This document shows positions 36,175 to 45,615 of a DNA stretch of 64,000 nt, one piece after another (positions within the stretch are counted from its first letter, which is position 1; each line of letters starts with the position of its first letter). The notes below the pieces were generated by a model. The model was not told the origin of the DNA. It did no database searches and worked only from the letters and a program-made list of their open reading frames with translations. Origin of the DNA: Candidatus Omnitrophota bacterium (lineage in GTDB: Bacteria > Omnitrophota > Gorgyraeia > 2-02-FULL-51-18); the NCBI GenBank assembly GCA_016206805.1, contig JACQQX010000016.1, positions 13,256 through 77,255 of the forward strand. The letters run 5' to 3'. Position numbers and translations under genes: made by a program.

Positions 36175-36584
36175 GACATCATCCCTATCTGCGTTTTTGC
36201 TGACGCGCTTAAATGCGACCGCGTTTTATTGAATAAATCCATTTTAACCACAACCACCTTCACCGACGGCACTATTTGCGCCACCCGGGCTTTGAGAATA
36301 ATTTCATCGTTAAGATAATTTGGGTTTTTGAACTCGATATGAACGGATTGCAGCAACGAACGCCCTGCCGGAAAAACCATGCCGACAAAATGCGATATGA
36401 AGCCATTCAAGATACCCCCATGCATGACACGGCCTTCAAAACCGGCTTTCCGGGCAAACTGATCATCGATATGGATAGGATTTTGATCTTTGAAAAACTC
36501 GACATACTGACGGTAAACGTCTTCCGTTATCCGGTAAACGCTTTCATGGCTGTCATCGACACGGATGTCGTCAAAAAGCTTCAA
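36171..36584 (-). CDS. MaoC-like (R)-specific hydratase/dehydratase, hot-dog fold
   Basis: FFKDQNPIHIDDQFARKAGFEGRVMHGGILNGFISHFVG matches the MaoC dehydratase active-site region (D-x4-H...G-x-HG). Confidence 0.7.
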   Translation of the reverse strand: MKLFDDIRVDDSHESVYRITEDVYRQYVEFFKDQNPIHIDDQFARKAGFEGRVMHGGILNGFISHFVGMVFPAGRSLLQSVHIEFKNPNYLNDEIILKARVAQIVPSVKVVVVKMDLFNKTRSHLSASAKTQIGMMS

Positions 36585-36608
36585 CCCGTTGGTCTCCTTG
36601 ATGTTGCA

Positions 36609-38396
36609 TTATATCGCATAGCGATAAATGCTGTACACATACTTTGCTTTACCCTCACTATGCGCATACTCAAAAACCTTTTCATACGGATGCGTCTGGA
36701 CATATTTCCGTATTTCCGGATCAGAGCCTTCTTCCACCCATATAAACGTAAAATGTTCGCGATCCAGATACTCTGCCCAAGCGATGCCCTGTCTCTCCAG
36801 CCTATTTTTCAAAGCCGCCGTATAAAATACGGCTTTATCCGGCCGCTGGCGATAAAACCGGCGGGGCTGGGCGGAAAGAAAAATACTCTCTTTTGGATCG
36901 GCGTGGCGGTTCAGATAATCAAACCCGCGAAAAGAGCGCTCATTTTTCAAAAGATAATCGCGGGCGTTTTCCGCTCCCAGCGCTACCGGCCAGGCATTCC
37001 ACGTTTGACACACAAATATCGCGCCATGAAGAACTAAAGCGCTGTAGAAAAGAAGCTGCGTTGTTTTCCATAGCGCCGCCCCATAACTCCTAGCTTTCGC
37101 AAAAGCAAAGCCGGCTCCGACAGCCGCGTAAGGCGCCAGCATAAAAAGAAAACGCGCGGCCTGCTGGGTGAATACAAGAAGATATATCGAAAACGTATAA
37201 AAAAGGAATGCTCTTTGTGTTTTTGTATTGCGCACACTAAGCGCCATAAGCGGGAGCAGCATCAAATAAAGAGGGCCTATTAATTCTCCCAGAGGAAACG
37301 CGTCCGGATGCAAGGTAAAATTCCAGGGCAGCTTAATAAAAGCCGGGAAATCCTGCCCCATGCCGGTCAGCCGGTCAACGGAGTCCTTAAAACCATTCCC
37401 TCCGAATAGGCCTGATAAAAAAGGATAAATAGGATTCCCCGCCAGGATCCAACTGCGCGCATACCAAATCCCTCCGGTCAACGCGCAAGCCGCCATAAAA
37501 TAAAAAAGAAGTGACGCCTTTTTTAAATTCCAGCTTTGGATAATCCATAAAACAACCAGCGGTATCAGCGCCCCAAAGGCGAGATACTTCGTCCCTAAAG
37601 CACCCCCGCACAGCAGGCCGGACAAAACCGCGTTATTTTTTTTATGAGAGAATGGGACGAGAAACGCGTAAATCGCCGCGAAAGTAAAAAAAACGATGCC
37701 CAGCTCCACATAAGCTTTTGAAGACTGAAAAAAAGCCAGCGGCGTGAATAAAAATACGAGCATCGCCCATTCCGCTTCTTTTTTCCCGCCCTGAAAACGC
37801 AGCACAAACGCGTAAATGGCGTAAGCGGTTAAAACATAAAATGCCCAATGAAAAAGATGGGCCAGTATCGTGCCCTGAAGCAGCAGCCCCAGCGTAAAAA
37901 ACATTTCCATTTGATACGGCCACAAGGATTCACGGGAATCTGGGATCGCAAAAATCTTGCCGCTTTCGATAAACTCGCGAGGATGCGCCAGATGATACAC
38001 CAGCGCGTCATGCCCAGTCGGAGGGGCCAGCGCCTGAAGCCAGGAGAGAAAAAGAGCTAATGCAATCCACATCCACGTCGTTTTGGAGAATTCGGGCCAG
38101 CCCTCCGCTTTTTCTTTTTGGCCGGTCAGTGAAAAAATAAACAATAAACCGGCCAAGCCAATGGCGACTTCTCGTCGCAGCATTCCCAAAAGGCCGATGG
38201 CTAAAACACCCAACGCCAAAAGCGCCATTCCCATAGCCGTAAAAAAGATGCGCTTTTCATGGACGGAGAACTCCGCGGCGGAGCCTCCGGATAAACCCCA
38301 AATCCTGGCGCCCACACGATAAGCCGACCACACCAGCAGGGCTAAAAGTGAGCTGGCCCAAAGGGCGGGCCCTATTCCCTGCGTCACAAAAGACAT
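36609..38396 (-). CDS. GT-C-fold integral membrane glycosyltransferase (ArnT/PMT family 39/83-like)
   Basis: More than 10 hydrophobic helices with an acidic/His-containing first extracytoplasmic loop (PPTGHDALVYHLAHPREF). Start set at MSFVTQG, forming a 1-nt overlap with the upstream gene; the ORF could extend to 38507. Confidence 0.5.
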   Translation of the reverse strand: MSFVTQGIGPALWASSLLALLVWSAYRVGARIWGLSGGSAAEFSVHEKRIFFTAMGMALLALGVLAIGLLGMLRREVAIGLAGLLFIFSLTGQKEKAEGWPEFSKTTWMWIALALFLSWLQALAPPTGHDALVYHLAHPREFIESGKIFAIPDSRESLWPYQMEMFFTLGLLLQGTILAHLFHWAFYVLTAYAIYAFVLRFQGGKKEAEWAMLVFLFTPLAFFQSSKAYVELGIVFFTFAAIYAFLVPFSHKKNNAVLSGLLCGGALGTKYLAFGALIPLVVLWIIQSWNLKKASLLFYFMAACALTGGIWYARSWILAGNPIYPFLSGLFGGNGFKDSVDRLTGMGQDFPAFIKLPWNFTLHPDAFPLGELIGPLYLMLLPLMALSVRNTKTQRAFLFYTFSIYLLVFTQQAARFLFMLAPYAAVGAGFAFAKARSYGAALWKTTQLLFYSALVLHGAIFVCQTWNAWPVALGAENARDYLLKNERSFRGFDYLNRHADPKESIFLSAQPRRFYRQRPDKAVFYTAALKNRLERQGIAWAEYLDREHFTFIWVEEGSDPEIRKYVQTHPYEKVFEYAHSEGKAKYVYSIYRYAI

Positions 38397-40855
38397 TATC
38401 CGCCCCACGCTTTCGGAACAATAACCCATAAAAGATAAAGGGAGAAAACAATTCCCATCCAAATCGCGATCAGCAGCGGAGCTTTCCGTTTTTTCCAATA
38501 GAGCCACAAAAACAAGCTTCCCAACAAGACCCAGGCCGCGTTCGAAATGAGTTCAAGAAAATCATGAAACCGGTAGTCATAAAAAAACTCAACTTGATGG
38601 CGGCCTGGCGTTTCAAGCCGTATTCCGCACAACGCGTGATTCACCGGCATCAGCCGGGTCTCCACTCCATCCACCGCGGCCTTCCATCGGGGATAAAACA
38701 CTCCTGAAAAAACAACAACCGTCGGCCGGTCAATATCCAGCGCTGCTCTTGCATGATCCTGGCTATCTTTTTCAATAACAACAGGGATATCCGCGCCGGA
38801 GGAGCCGATGGACGAATCGGCTTCTCCTTCCAAGACAGCTTCGCGGCGTGGATTAAAAGCGGGGCTTTTTAAATAGGCCAGCCTCTCCTCTTTGGCATCC
38901 AAGGATTTCCATTGGGCCACGGCATAAATCCTGGGCAACGCATCGGCGTTCCGGTAAATCCAATGCCGGCCCAATTGTTCCAAAAATACAAGGCCTTCCA
39001 AAACCAATTCTTTGTCCGCCACGACAACCGTAACGCCCAGCATATCCAAAAGCGGTTTTTGATTCCTCCACACGTGAACCGATGTCGGCCGGCGGCCTGT
39101 AGAGCTATCCACAAAACCTAAATCTCCAAAAAGCTCCTCATATCTTTTGATCGTTAGCGGCGAATAAATACCCGCATGCCGTATGCCGTAAAGCATATTG
39201 GAAGAAGCCTGCAGAGGCTCTCCGCCCGGATGATCGGATAACTCGGCGACCACTCCGCCCCACTCTTTTTGGAGGCCTTGCACGCGCTGGATAAGCGCGG
39301 TTTCTGTGAAAGGTATTTTTCCGGCATTCCCAATAAACCCAACGCCCGCCGGACCGCCCCACACCGCGGCGCCAAAACCATACAAATCCACGATCAAAAG
39401 CGCAAAAGCCCAATGCGCCAAACGCCGTCTTTTAGCCGGGGTTGCATCTGCCCGAAGCGCCGCGTAAACAATAAAAACGGAAAGGCTTGCGAAAACAGCG
39501 GTCAAAATATTCTGAATGGCCAAAGGGTTCAAATGCTCCTGCAAAACCGAGAATAAAAAGCGCATTTTATCCTGGTAATATTCAGGCGCTTTGGCCAAAG
39601 CGCCTTTTTGGAGGGCTATTTTTTCAGCGAAGGCATGGCCTTTTTGAAGCCAAAAATCCTGCGAGGCCCTGAAAAGAAAGGACGCGGCCAGAGGGAACAA
39701 GGCGATCAGGCTTCCCATAAGGGTCAGCGCCGGCAACGCCTTTTTCCAAACTGTTTCTTTTAAAAAAATCTTATCAAAACCAAAACCGGCCGCGAACGAT
39801 AACGCCATCGCCGAGAAAAAAAGAAACTTGGAGGGATTGCGAAAAGCGGTTAGCGAAAACTTTTCGACGACAAAAGCATACAAAGGATTATATTTTCCCA
39901 AAGCCAGCAAGGCGAAGATGAGTGCCAGCCATAAAAGTTTTTTTTCTTTCGCGGTTTTTGGTAAAACCAGCGATGCCGCCAAACAAAAAAGAGGAAAAAT
40001 TCCAATATAAAAACTGACGCTTAAAAAACGGCTGATACTGGGAAAAATAATCGAGGCTAAGGCCGGAGGCATCACCGATCCCCATAAAGCGAACTCCGGC
40101 GTTTGGCCCTGCCGGGTGGAGGCCGACGCCAGCTCTGCCGTAGCTCCGATTTGCGGCAAAGCCAGTAAAACAGAAAAAGCGAAACAAATTCCAAAAAAAG
40201 CAAAAAGATTCGGGCGTTTTTCACGGACCAGCGCCATGTCCAAAGCCAAATACCCAACCGCATAAACAGCCAACTGAGGAAAACCGGCTGTTTCCATTTG
40301 TGAAAATAAAAAGGCAAGCCACGCTCCCCAAAAACTTTTTTCCAGCCATCCCTCTCTTTCACGGACATGTTCTAAAATCCATAGACACCAGGGAAGCCAT
40401 GTCAAAACGCGTAAAGTGCCCGTCGTATAAAAACAACCGCCGTACGTGGTGGAAAATGAAAAAAGAATGGCCGAGAAAACCGCGGCTTTACCGCTTTGTC
40501 CGATTTTACCGGCGTAAAGATAGGCCCCTATCCCTCCGGCAAGCACATGAAGCACGATGCCCCAAGTATAGGCCGCCTCAAACGGCAGCAACCGGTACAA
40601 CCATTGATGCAGCCAATAATAAGCGGCCACTTGGCCCTCCGCCACCAGCGGAAAACCCAAAGCGACTAGATTCGTCCAATAAGGAAGGCTTCCCCCCTCC
40701 AACGCAGAGGCGTAATGAAAACTCCAGGGATAAAACTGCACCCAATAATCTCCGCCGATGAAAGTCTGCTTCAGAAATACCAGCGGCCATAAAAACAGCA
40801 GAAAAATCAGGCCATAATAAAAAATAAAATGGGAATGGCGTTTAGCGAAGCTCAT
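38396..40855 (-). CDS. YfhO-family membrane protein (large GT-C-like glycosyltransferase, 819 aa)
   Basis: N-terminal pattern FIFYYGLIFLLFLWPLVFLKQTFIGGDYWVQFYPWSFHYASALEGGSLPYW and overall topology (~12 TM plus a large C-terminal extracytoplasmic domain) are typical of YfhO. Confidence 0.55.
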   Translation of the reverse strand: MSFAKRHSHFIFYYGLIFLLFLWPLVFLKQTFIGGDYWVQFYPWSFHYASALEGGSLPYWTNLVALGFPLVAEGQVAAYYWLHQWLYRLLPFEAAYTWGIVLHVLAGGIGAYLYAGKIGQSGKAAVFSAILFSFSTTYGGCFYTTGTLRVLTWLPWCLWILEHVREREGWLEKSFWGAWLAFLFSQMETAGFPQLAVYAVGYLALDMALVREKRPNLFAFFGICFAFSVLLALPQIGATAELASASTRQGQTPEFALWGSVMPPALASIIFPSISRFLSVSFYIGIFPLFCLAASLVLPKTAKEKKLLWLALIFALLALGKYNPLYAFVVEKFSLTAFRNPSKFLFFSAMALSFAAGFGFDKIFLKETVWKKALPALTLMGSLIALFPLAASFLFRASQDFWLQKGHAFAEKIALQKGALAKAPEYYQDKMRFLFSVLQEHLNPLAIQNILTAVFASLSVFIVYAALRADATPAKRRRLAHWAFALLIVDLYGFGAAVWGGPAGVGFIGNAGKIPFTETALIQRVQGLQKEWGGVVAELSDHPGGEPLQASSNMLYGIRHAGIYSPLTIKRYEELFGDLGFVDSSTGRRPTSVHVWRNQKPLLDMLGVTVVVADKELVLEGLVFLEQLGRHWIYRNADALPRIYAVAQWKSLDAKEERLAYLKSPAFNPRREAVLEGEADSSIGSSGADIPVVIEKDSQDHARAALDIDRPTVVVFSGVFYPRWKAAVDGVETRLMPVNHALCGIRLETPGRHQVEFFYDYRFHDFLELISNAAWVLLGSLFLWLYWKKRKAPLLIAIWMGIVFSLYLLWVIVPKAWGG

Positions 40856-42591
40856 GCGGGATCGAAAGCGTATAGCTCGAGATAGGGGCCGGGACGGTTC
40901 CGGGAAAAAAGCTCTCCGGCATCAAAAGGCAGCGCCACATGGGCCCACCGGTCTTCAGTCATGATCTTGCGGCTGTCCTTGTAGGGCGAAAATACTTTGA
41001 GAAGCCGCATGCTCGGCTTTAACTGGCGGTCAAAAATCTCTGTTTCTCCCGGATAACGGTAACGGACAAAATAAGCCACGTTCTTTTCTCTGAACTCATT
41101 CACGTCCGCGCCAATCAGCGGCGGCCATAATAGAAAGGGGGTTTCCTCCAAACCTTCGGCGTTCAAATAAAAAATACGATGGGTCTTTTTGTCTTTCTGC
41201 GCTTCCAGCATCCATTGGATTTTTTTGGCCTTCAGCTGTCCATGCGGGTCTTCCGCGTTGATTTTTCCTGATTTTTTTAAGATTTCTTCCGGCACTTGAA
41301 CCAGTGGCGGAGAAAAGAAAGGGTGATCCACTACGATGGAGGCGCCCGCCGGCACTTCTTTTTGAATCCATTCATTCACTAAAACCCGTGTATCCGAAAC
41401 CGGCAGAAGACGCGACAACTGCACATCTTTGACCAGCGATGGAAGTGAAATAGCCAATACCACGGCCAGCCAGAATGGGCCGCGGACCCTGGACACCATC
41501 CAAGCCGCGCCCAAACATAGAAATGGAATAATGGGCATCGCGTAACGCTCGTAATGCTGGCTGAATAAAGCGATCATCACGTAATAAACAAAAGGAAAGG
41601 CCGTCAGCCATCGTTTTTCTGGAAATTTAATCCAGAAGGTCACAAGCCCCGCCACACCCACCGCCAAAAGCGGCCAGCCTACTCCCCCACCCAAAGAATA
41701 CCGCAGATGATGGAAAAAGGGCATGGCCGACTCCGACACCGCCTGCTGCCGTATCTCGGAGATGAAAAAAGGAAAGTCCAAAAAGCTGAAAGGGTTGAGT
41801 GTCGCGTAAGTAACCCCCGTCAAAACTGCGGCGCTCAAAAGCCGTTTTCTAAAAAATAAAAAAGGCAGGGCCACGGGAGCGGCGATGTATTTGAGCGCGA
41901 CGGCGATTCCCGCCGCTACGGCCGCCATATTCCAATAAAACACCTTTCCGCTTTTTTGATATTCCGCCAATAAATCAAAAGTCACCAGCATCGCCAGAAT
42001 CATGGGGATGTCCGCATACAGATAATGCGAGTCCCGAACGGGCATATAAGCCAGCGCCATGAAAAAAGCCGCCGCTACTGCCGTTTTTTCATCCCACAGT
42101 TTCCGCGCCAAACGGTAAAGAATGATAACCGAAGCCGCGCCCGCCAAAGCTCCAAAAATCAAGCGGCCAGCCAGATAAAAAACGGTTGGGTCCTTAAAAA
42201 ATAAAATCGCGAAATCCTGGACACTCCAGCGGTAAATCAGCGCCGCGGCCAGATAGAGGATGCCGTAAACGCCGGCCAAAAGATAAGACAAGAGCGGCGG
42301 GATTTTAAAAAAATGGGGATTCAGGTTCCCTGAAGCAAAAGCCAACGCATGATTGACGATGATAGGCTCATCCTGATGGAAAAGATGCGGCAATCCAAAA
42401 TCAATACCGATACAGCGTATCGCCAGCGCCCCCAAAAAAACGAGCCCAATCGCTTTTCCCTTCACCGGGCCACGGCCTTTACGATAAAAAGCAGCGCGAA
42501 ACGGTCCGGCCAAATACGCGCCATGCGATAACGGATGCCAAACGGCAAGAGACTCAACGTCAGGTTGACGCATTGAATGGCTTTGCGCCAA
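40852..42591 (-). CDS. GT-C-fold membrane glycosyltransferase (PMT_2/ArnT-like, polyprenyl-phosphate-sugar dependent)
   Basis: About 11 TM helices with conserved acidic residues in loop 1 (LFHQDEPIIVNHALAF) and a C-terminal soluble domain. A possible GTG start at 42465 would avoid the 130-nt overlap with the methyltransferase gene. Confidence 0.55.
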   Translation of the reverse strand: MAQSHSMRQPDVESLAVWHPLSHGAYLAGPFRAAFYRKGRGPVKGKAIGLVFLGALAIRCIGIDFGLPHLFHQDEPIIVNHALAFASGNLNPHFFKIPPLLSYLLAGVYGILYLAAALIYRWSVQDFAILFFKDPTVFYLAGRLIFGALAGAASVIILYRLARKLWDEKTAVAAAFFMALAYMPVRDSHYLYADIPMILAMLVTFDLLAEYQKSGKVFYWNMAAVAAGIAVALKYIAAPVALPFLFFRKRLLSAAVLTGVTYATLNPFSFLDFPFFISEIRQQAVSESAMPFFHHLRYSLGGGVGWPLLAVGVAGLVTFWIKFPEKRWLTAFPFVYYVMIALFSQHYERYAMPIIPFLCLGAAWMVSRVRGPFWLAVVLAISLPSLVKDVQLSRLLPVSDTRVLVNEWIQKEVPAGASIVVDHPFFSPPLVQVPEEILKKSGKINAEDPHGQLKAKKIQWMLEAQKDKKTHRIFYLNAEGLEETPFLLWPPLIGADVNEFREKNVAYFVRYRYPGETEIFDRQLKPSMRLLKVFSPYKDSRKIMTEDRWAHVALPFDAGELFSRNRPGPYLELYAFDPA

Positions 42592-43217
42592 TAAGAAGGG
42601 TTGCGGCGGATATCACTCACAATCGAGTCCCGCATCGAATAAGCCGGGACATAATCGGTCCATTCAATCGCAAAGCCGGCTTTCTTAAGATCATCAATGA
42701 GTTCATTCAGACGATAACGTCTCACATGATGCACGCCATCGGCGCGCATATTGGGCTGACCCACATATAAAACGCCGCCAGCCTTAAGAACATCATGAAC
42801 TCCACAAAGTGTTTTATTGGGATAATGCAAATGCTCCAGCACTTCAAAACAAAATGCGACGTCATAACTGGCCGCTTCCATCGGAAAACGCTTGCCAATA
42901 TCCCCAAAGATCGCATGAAACCCGGCCTGGCGGGCCGCCTCAAGCCCCGACTGACTGATATCCAGGATGTGCGCGCCTTTAAACCCTAAATACTGCATCA
43001 GTTGGCCATTTCCTCCGGCCACATCTAAAATCTTGTCGCCACTGCGAACCTGGAGGCGCGAACGAACCCGGTCATAAAGCTTTTGATAATAAGCCCGTCG
43101 CGTGCGCTGGAGAGCCTCATCTTTCCAATAATCTTTGTAATACTCCTGGGCATGCACGGAGGGGGATTCCATTAAACGGCCTTCTTTCGCAGCGGCAGCC
43201 ACCGGATATTGTCCCAA
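42462..43217 (-). CDS. Class I SAM-dependent methyltransferase
   Basis: ILDVAGGNGQLMQYL motif I, AHILDIS motif II, and VLYVGQPN post-II. Alternative start MESPS (43172). Confidence 0.7.
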   Translation of the reverse strand: MGQYPVAAAAKEGRLMESPSVHAQEYYKDYWKDEALQRTRRAYYQKLYDRVRSRLQVRSGDKILDVAGGNGQLMQYLGFKGAHILDISQSGLEAARQAGFHAIFGDIGKRFPMEAASYDVAFCFEVLEHLHYPNKTLCGVHDVLKAGGVLYVGQPNMRADGVHHVRRYRLNELIDDLKKAGFAIEWTDYVPAYSMRDSIVSDIRRNPSYWRKAIQCVNLTLSLLPFGIRYRMARIWPDRFALLFIVKAVAR

Positions 43218-44632
43218 CGGAAATCAAAAAGAACGTGTTTCAAGAAAAAAGCGGCAATCATCGCCATCAATATTTCCACTGGAAATCGGTATTTCCGGTC
43301 CGGGAAAATAATCATATGCTCAGCCATCCAGAAAAAAATGCAGCTGGCTACGACAAGCAGTCCGCGCCTGGAGGGCTCAGAAAATACTTTCCATCGCCGC
43401 CCGATCAAAATCATGGAAAAAATAAAACAAAAAAGAAGGCTGTAATAAAACGAAAATGCCGTCTCTTCCAGAAGATCCTTGGTGTGTTGCGCGATAGGCC
43501 GCGCCGGATCATAAGAACCCTCGTAATACTGGTACCATATCGGCCAAATCCCTCCGCTGCGGTCCCAGCCCATAAACACCAAAAGCCGCTTGCTTCCAAA
43601 ATTTAAAAACTCCAGCGGGTGACTGGCGATCCACCGGGTCATTAAACGGCTGCCCAGCACATGGCGCACGCCAATATTGTCGGTTTTCTGGGCCGCCTCC
43701 AGCTCTTCTGAAAAACCCGGCTCTCCCCGCTCAGGAAAACGGCCGGACCCCTCCGGAGTCGCGTATGAATTGACGACCTTGTAGAGACCGTCCCCGGTAT
43801 AGGTGTAAGTGATCACCTGCCCCCAGATTTTGTAATTGCGGATCACCCAAGGAAGATTGACCAGCTGCATCACCAGAAAAACCGATACGACCCCCAACAG
43901 AACCGAGCGCCAGGATTTCCGCATCAGAAAATAAGCCCAACCCACAACCAGCGGCATAAACACCGCATTCGTCCGGGTCATCGTGGCGTACCCGAAAATC
44001 AGGCCGTACCATAGACAGGCGAAGGGAATTTTTTTACCGGCAACCTCCGCCAGAAGCAGCAGCAAACCGCCGTACCAAAGCGGTAAAAATAGATGCTCGT
44101 CCGTAGCCATGTTGACACTGTAAACAGCGATGGGGTGAATCGCGTATAACAGTCCGGCGATTAGGGCCGCTTTCTGATCAAACACCCTTTTGGTGATGCC
44201 ATACACGAGAAAAAATGTCACCGCAAAAAGAAAAAGACTGGAAAGAACGATCACTTCAAAATGAACTCCAAAAATCTTATACAAAAGCCCTAAAAACATC
44301 GGGTAACCGATGGGCCGGCGCGCAACCGCTTCGCCCATGCCATCATGAAACCAGATGCCCTTGGTCAGTTCGATCGCATGCATGTTGGTATTGTCGCTCT
44401 CAATCATGTGGAACTGATTCCATTCCGTGCGAGGGGCATAGCTAGAAAAAGCGGCCCACCCCAGCCGAAGACCCAATCCCAGCAAGAGGAATAAAATCAA
44501 AAGGACGCGCGGAGAAATACGCAAAGACAGGCGGAGATATTTCCATAGCGATAAACCCGTCAGCAGAATGACCAGATGCAGCGTGAAGTGATTGGTCTCG
44601 AAATATTCGCCGAGATAAGACAGCAGGCTCAT
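43172..44632 (-). CDS. GT-C-fold membrane glycosyltransferase (ArnT/PMT_2-like)
   Basis: RPIGYPMFLGLLYKIFG and multiple TM helices, similar to 4-amino-4-deoxy-L-arabinose transferase-like proteins. Confidence 0.55.
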   Translation of the reverse strand: MSLLSYLGEYFETNHFTLHLVILLTGLSLWKYLRLSLRISPRVLLILFLLLGLGLRLGWAAFSSYAPRTEWNQFHMIESDNTNMHAIELTKGIWFHDGMGEAVARRPIGYPMFLGLLYKIFGVHFEVIVLSSLFLFAVTFFLVYGITKRVFDQKAALIAGLLYAIHPIAVYSVNMATDEHLFLPLWYGGLLLLLAEVAGKKIPFACLWYGLIFGYATMTRTNAVFMPLVVGWAYFLMRKSWRSVLLGVVSVFLVMQLVNLPWVIRNYKIWGQVITYTYTGDGLYKVVNSYATPEGSGRFPERGEPGFSEELEAAQKTDNIGVRHVLGSRLMTRWIASHPLEFLNFGSKRLLVFMGWDRSGGIWPIWYQYYEGSYDPARPIAQHTKDLLEETAFSFYYSLLFCFIFSMILIGRRWKVFSEPSRRGLLVVASCIFFWMAEHMIIFPDRKYRFPVEILMAMIAAFFLKHVLFDFRWDNIRWLPLRKKAV

Positions 44633-45615
44633 CGGGGCTGAATATCGATATTGACCGCCTCATGGACGATAAAAAGCGGCCGGCGTTTTACTTCCGAATA
44701 AGTCCGGCCGACATATTCACCGAGTATTCCAATGCCCAGACTGTTCAAACCGATGGCCGCCAGGATCAAAAGAATCACTGTCGGAATACCGGGAGGCGGC
44801 GTGCCTTGAATGGTCAACCAAAGATAAAAGATGAACGCCAGCGACGTTACACCCAGAAGAATAAACCCCATCATGGTAAAAATCCTCAGAGGTTTGAGTG
44901 AGAAACTCGTCACCGCGTTAAAAACAAAAACCAAAAGATACCAGAACGGCGCTTTGCTTTTACCGGCCTTACGGGGCTTGCGCTCATAAGGAACACCGGC
45001 CTGCTTGAAACCCAGCCAGGAAATCAGCCCTCTCAGATAACGGTTCACTTCCCCACATTCTAAAAACGCGTCGCGAACCTGCCGAGTGATCAACCGAAAA
45101 TCACCGGCATTAACGGGAATGGAAACATCTGAAGCCCATTGAATAAGGCGGTAAGCGATCTTCACGGCAAAATTCCGCCACGCCGGTTCGCCGGGCCTTG
45201 TAGTGCGAACCCCATAAACAACATCATACCCTTCACGCCATTTCTCAAGCAGCAGCGGAATGGCTGACGGCGGATCCTGCAAATCCGAATACAGCACAAT
45301 GATGGCGTCCCCAGAAGCGTAGCGGTAACCGGCCGTCATCGACATTTCAGCGGTAAAGTTACGACTCAGACGCAGGTATTTCCAGCGATTATCACGACCG
45401 CATATTTCTTTGACCAATTGGCCGGTGCGATCGGTGCTGCAATTATCGATGATAAGGAATTCAAAACGATACGGCAGGCCGTTCAGGGCCTCGTTGATTT
45501 CTTTTTCCAGAAAAGGAATATTTTCTTCTTCGTTGTAGGCCGGTATCACCACTGAAACCAGATTCATCGCTTGGATTCCCCCGCTTTCGTGAGTTTTTGC
45601 TGGGCCTGATTCCAC
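44629..45615 (-). CDS. GT2 polyprenyl-phosphate sugar synthase (GtrB/ArnC/DPM1-like, with two C-terminal TM helices)
   Basis: LVSVVIPAYNEEENIP...LIIDNCSTDRTGQL...DLQDPP plus C-terminal membrane helices (FTMMGFILLGVTSLAFIFYLW). Confidence 0.75.
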   Translation of the reverse strand: MESGPAKTHESGGIQAMNLVSVVIPAYNEEENIPFLEKEINEALNGLPYRFEFLIIDNCSTDRTGQLVKEICGRDNRWKYLRLSRNFTAEMSMTAGYRYASGDAIIVLYSDLQDPPSAIPLLLEKWREGYDVVYGVRTTRPGEPAWRNFAVKIAYRLIQWASDVSIPVNAGDFRLITRQVRDAFLECGEVNRYLRGLISWLGFKQAGVPYERKPRKAGKSKAPFWYLLVFVFNAVTSFSLKPLRIFTMMGFILLGVTSLAFIFYLWLTIQGTPPPGIPTVILLILAAIGLNSLGIGILGEYVGRTYSEVKRRPLFIVHEAVNIDIQPR

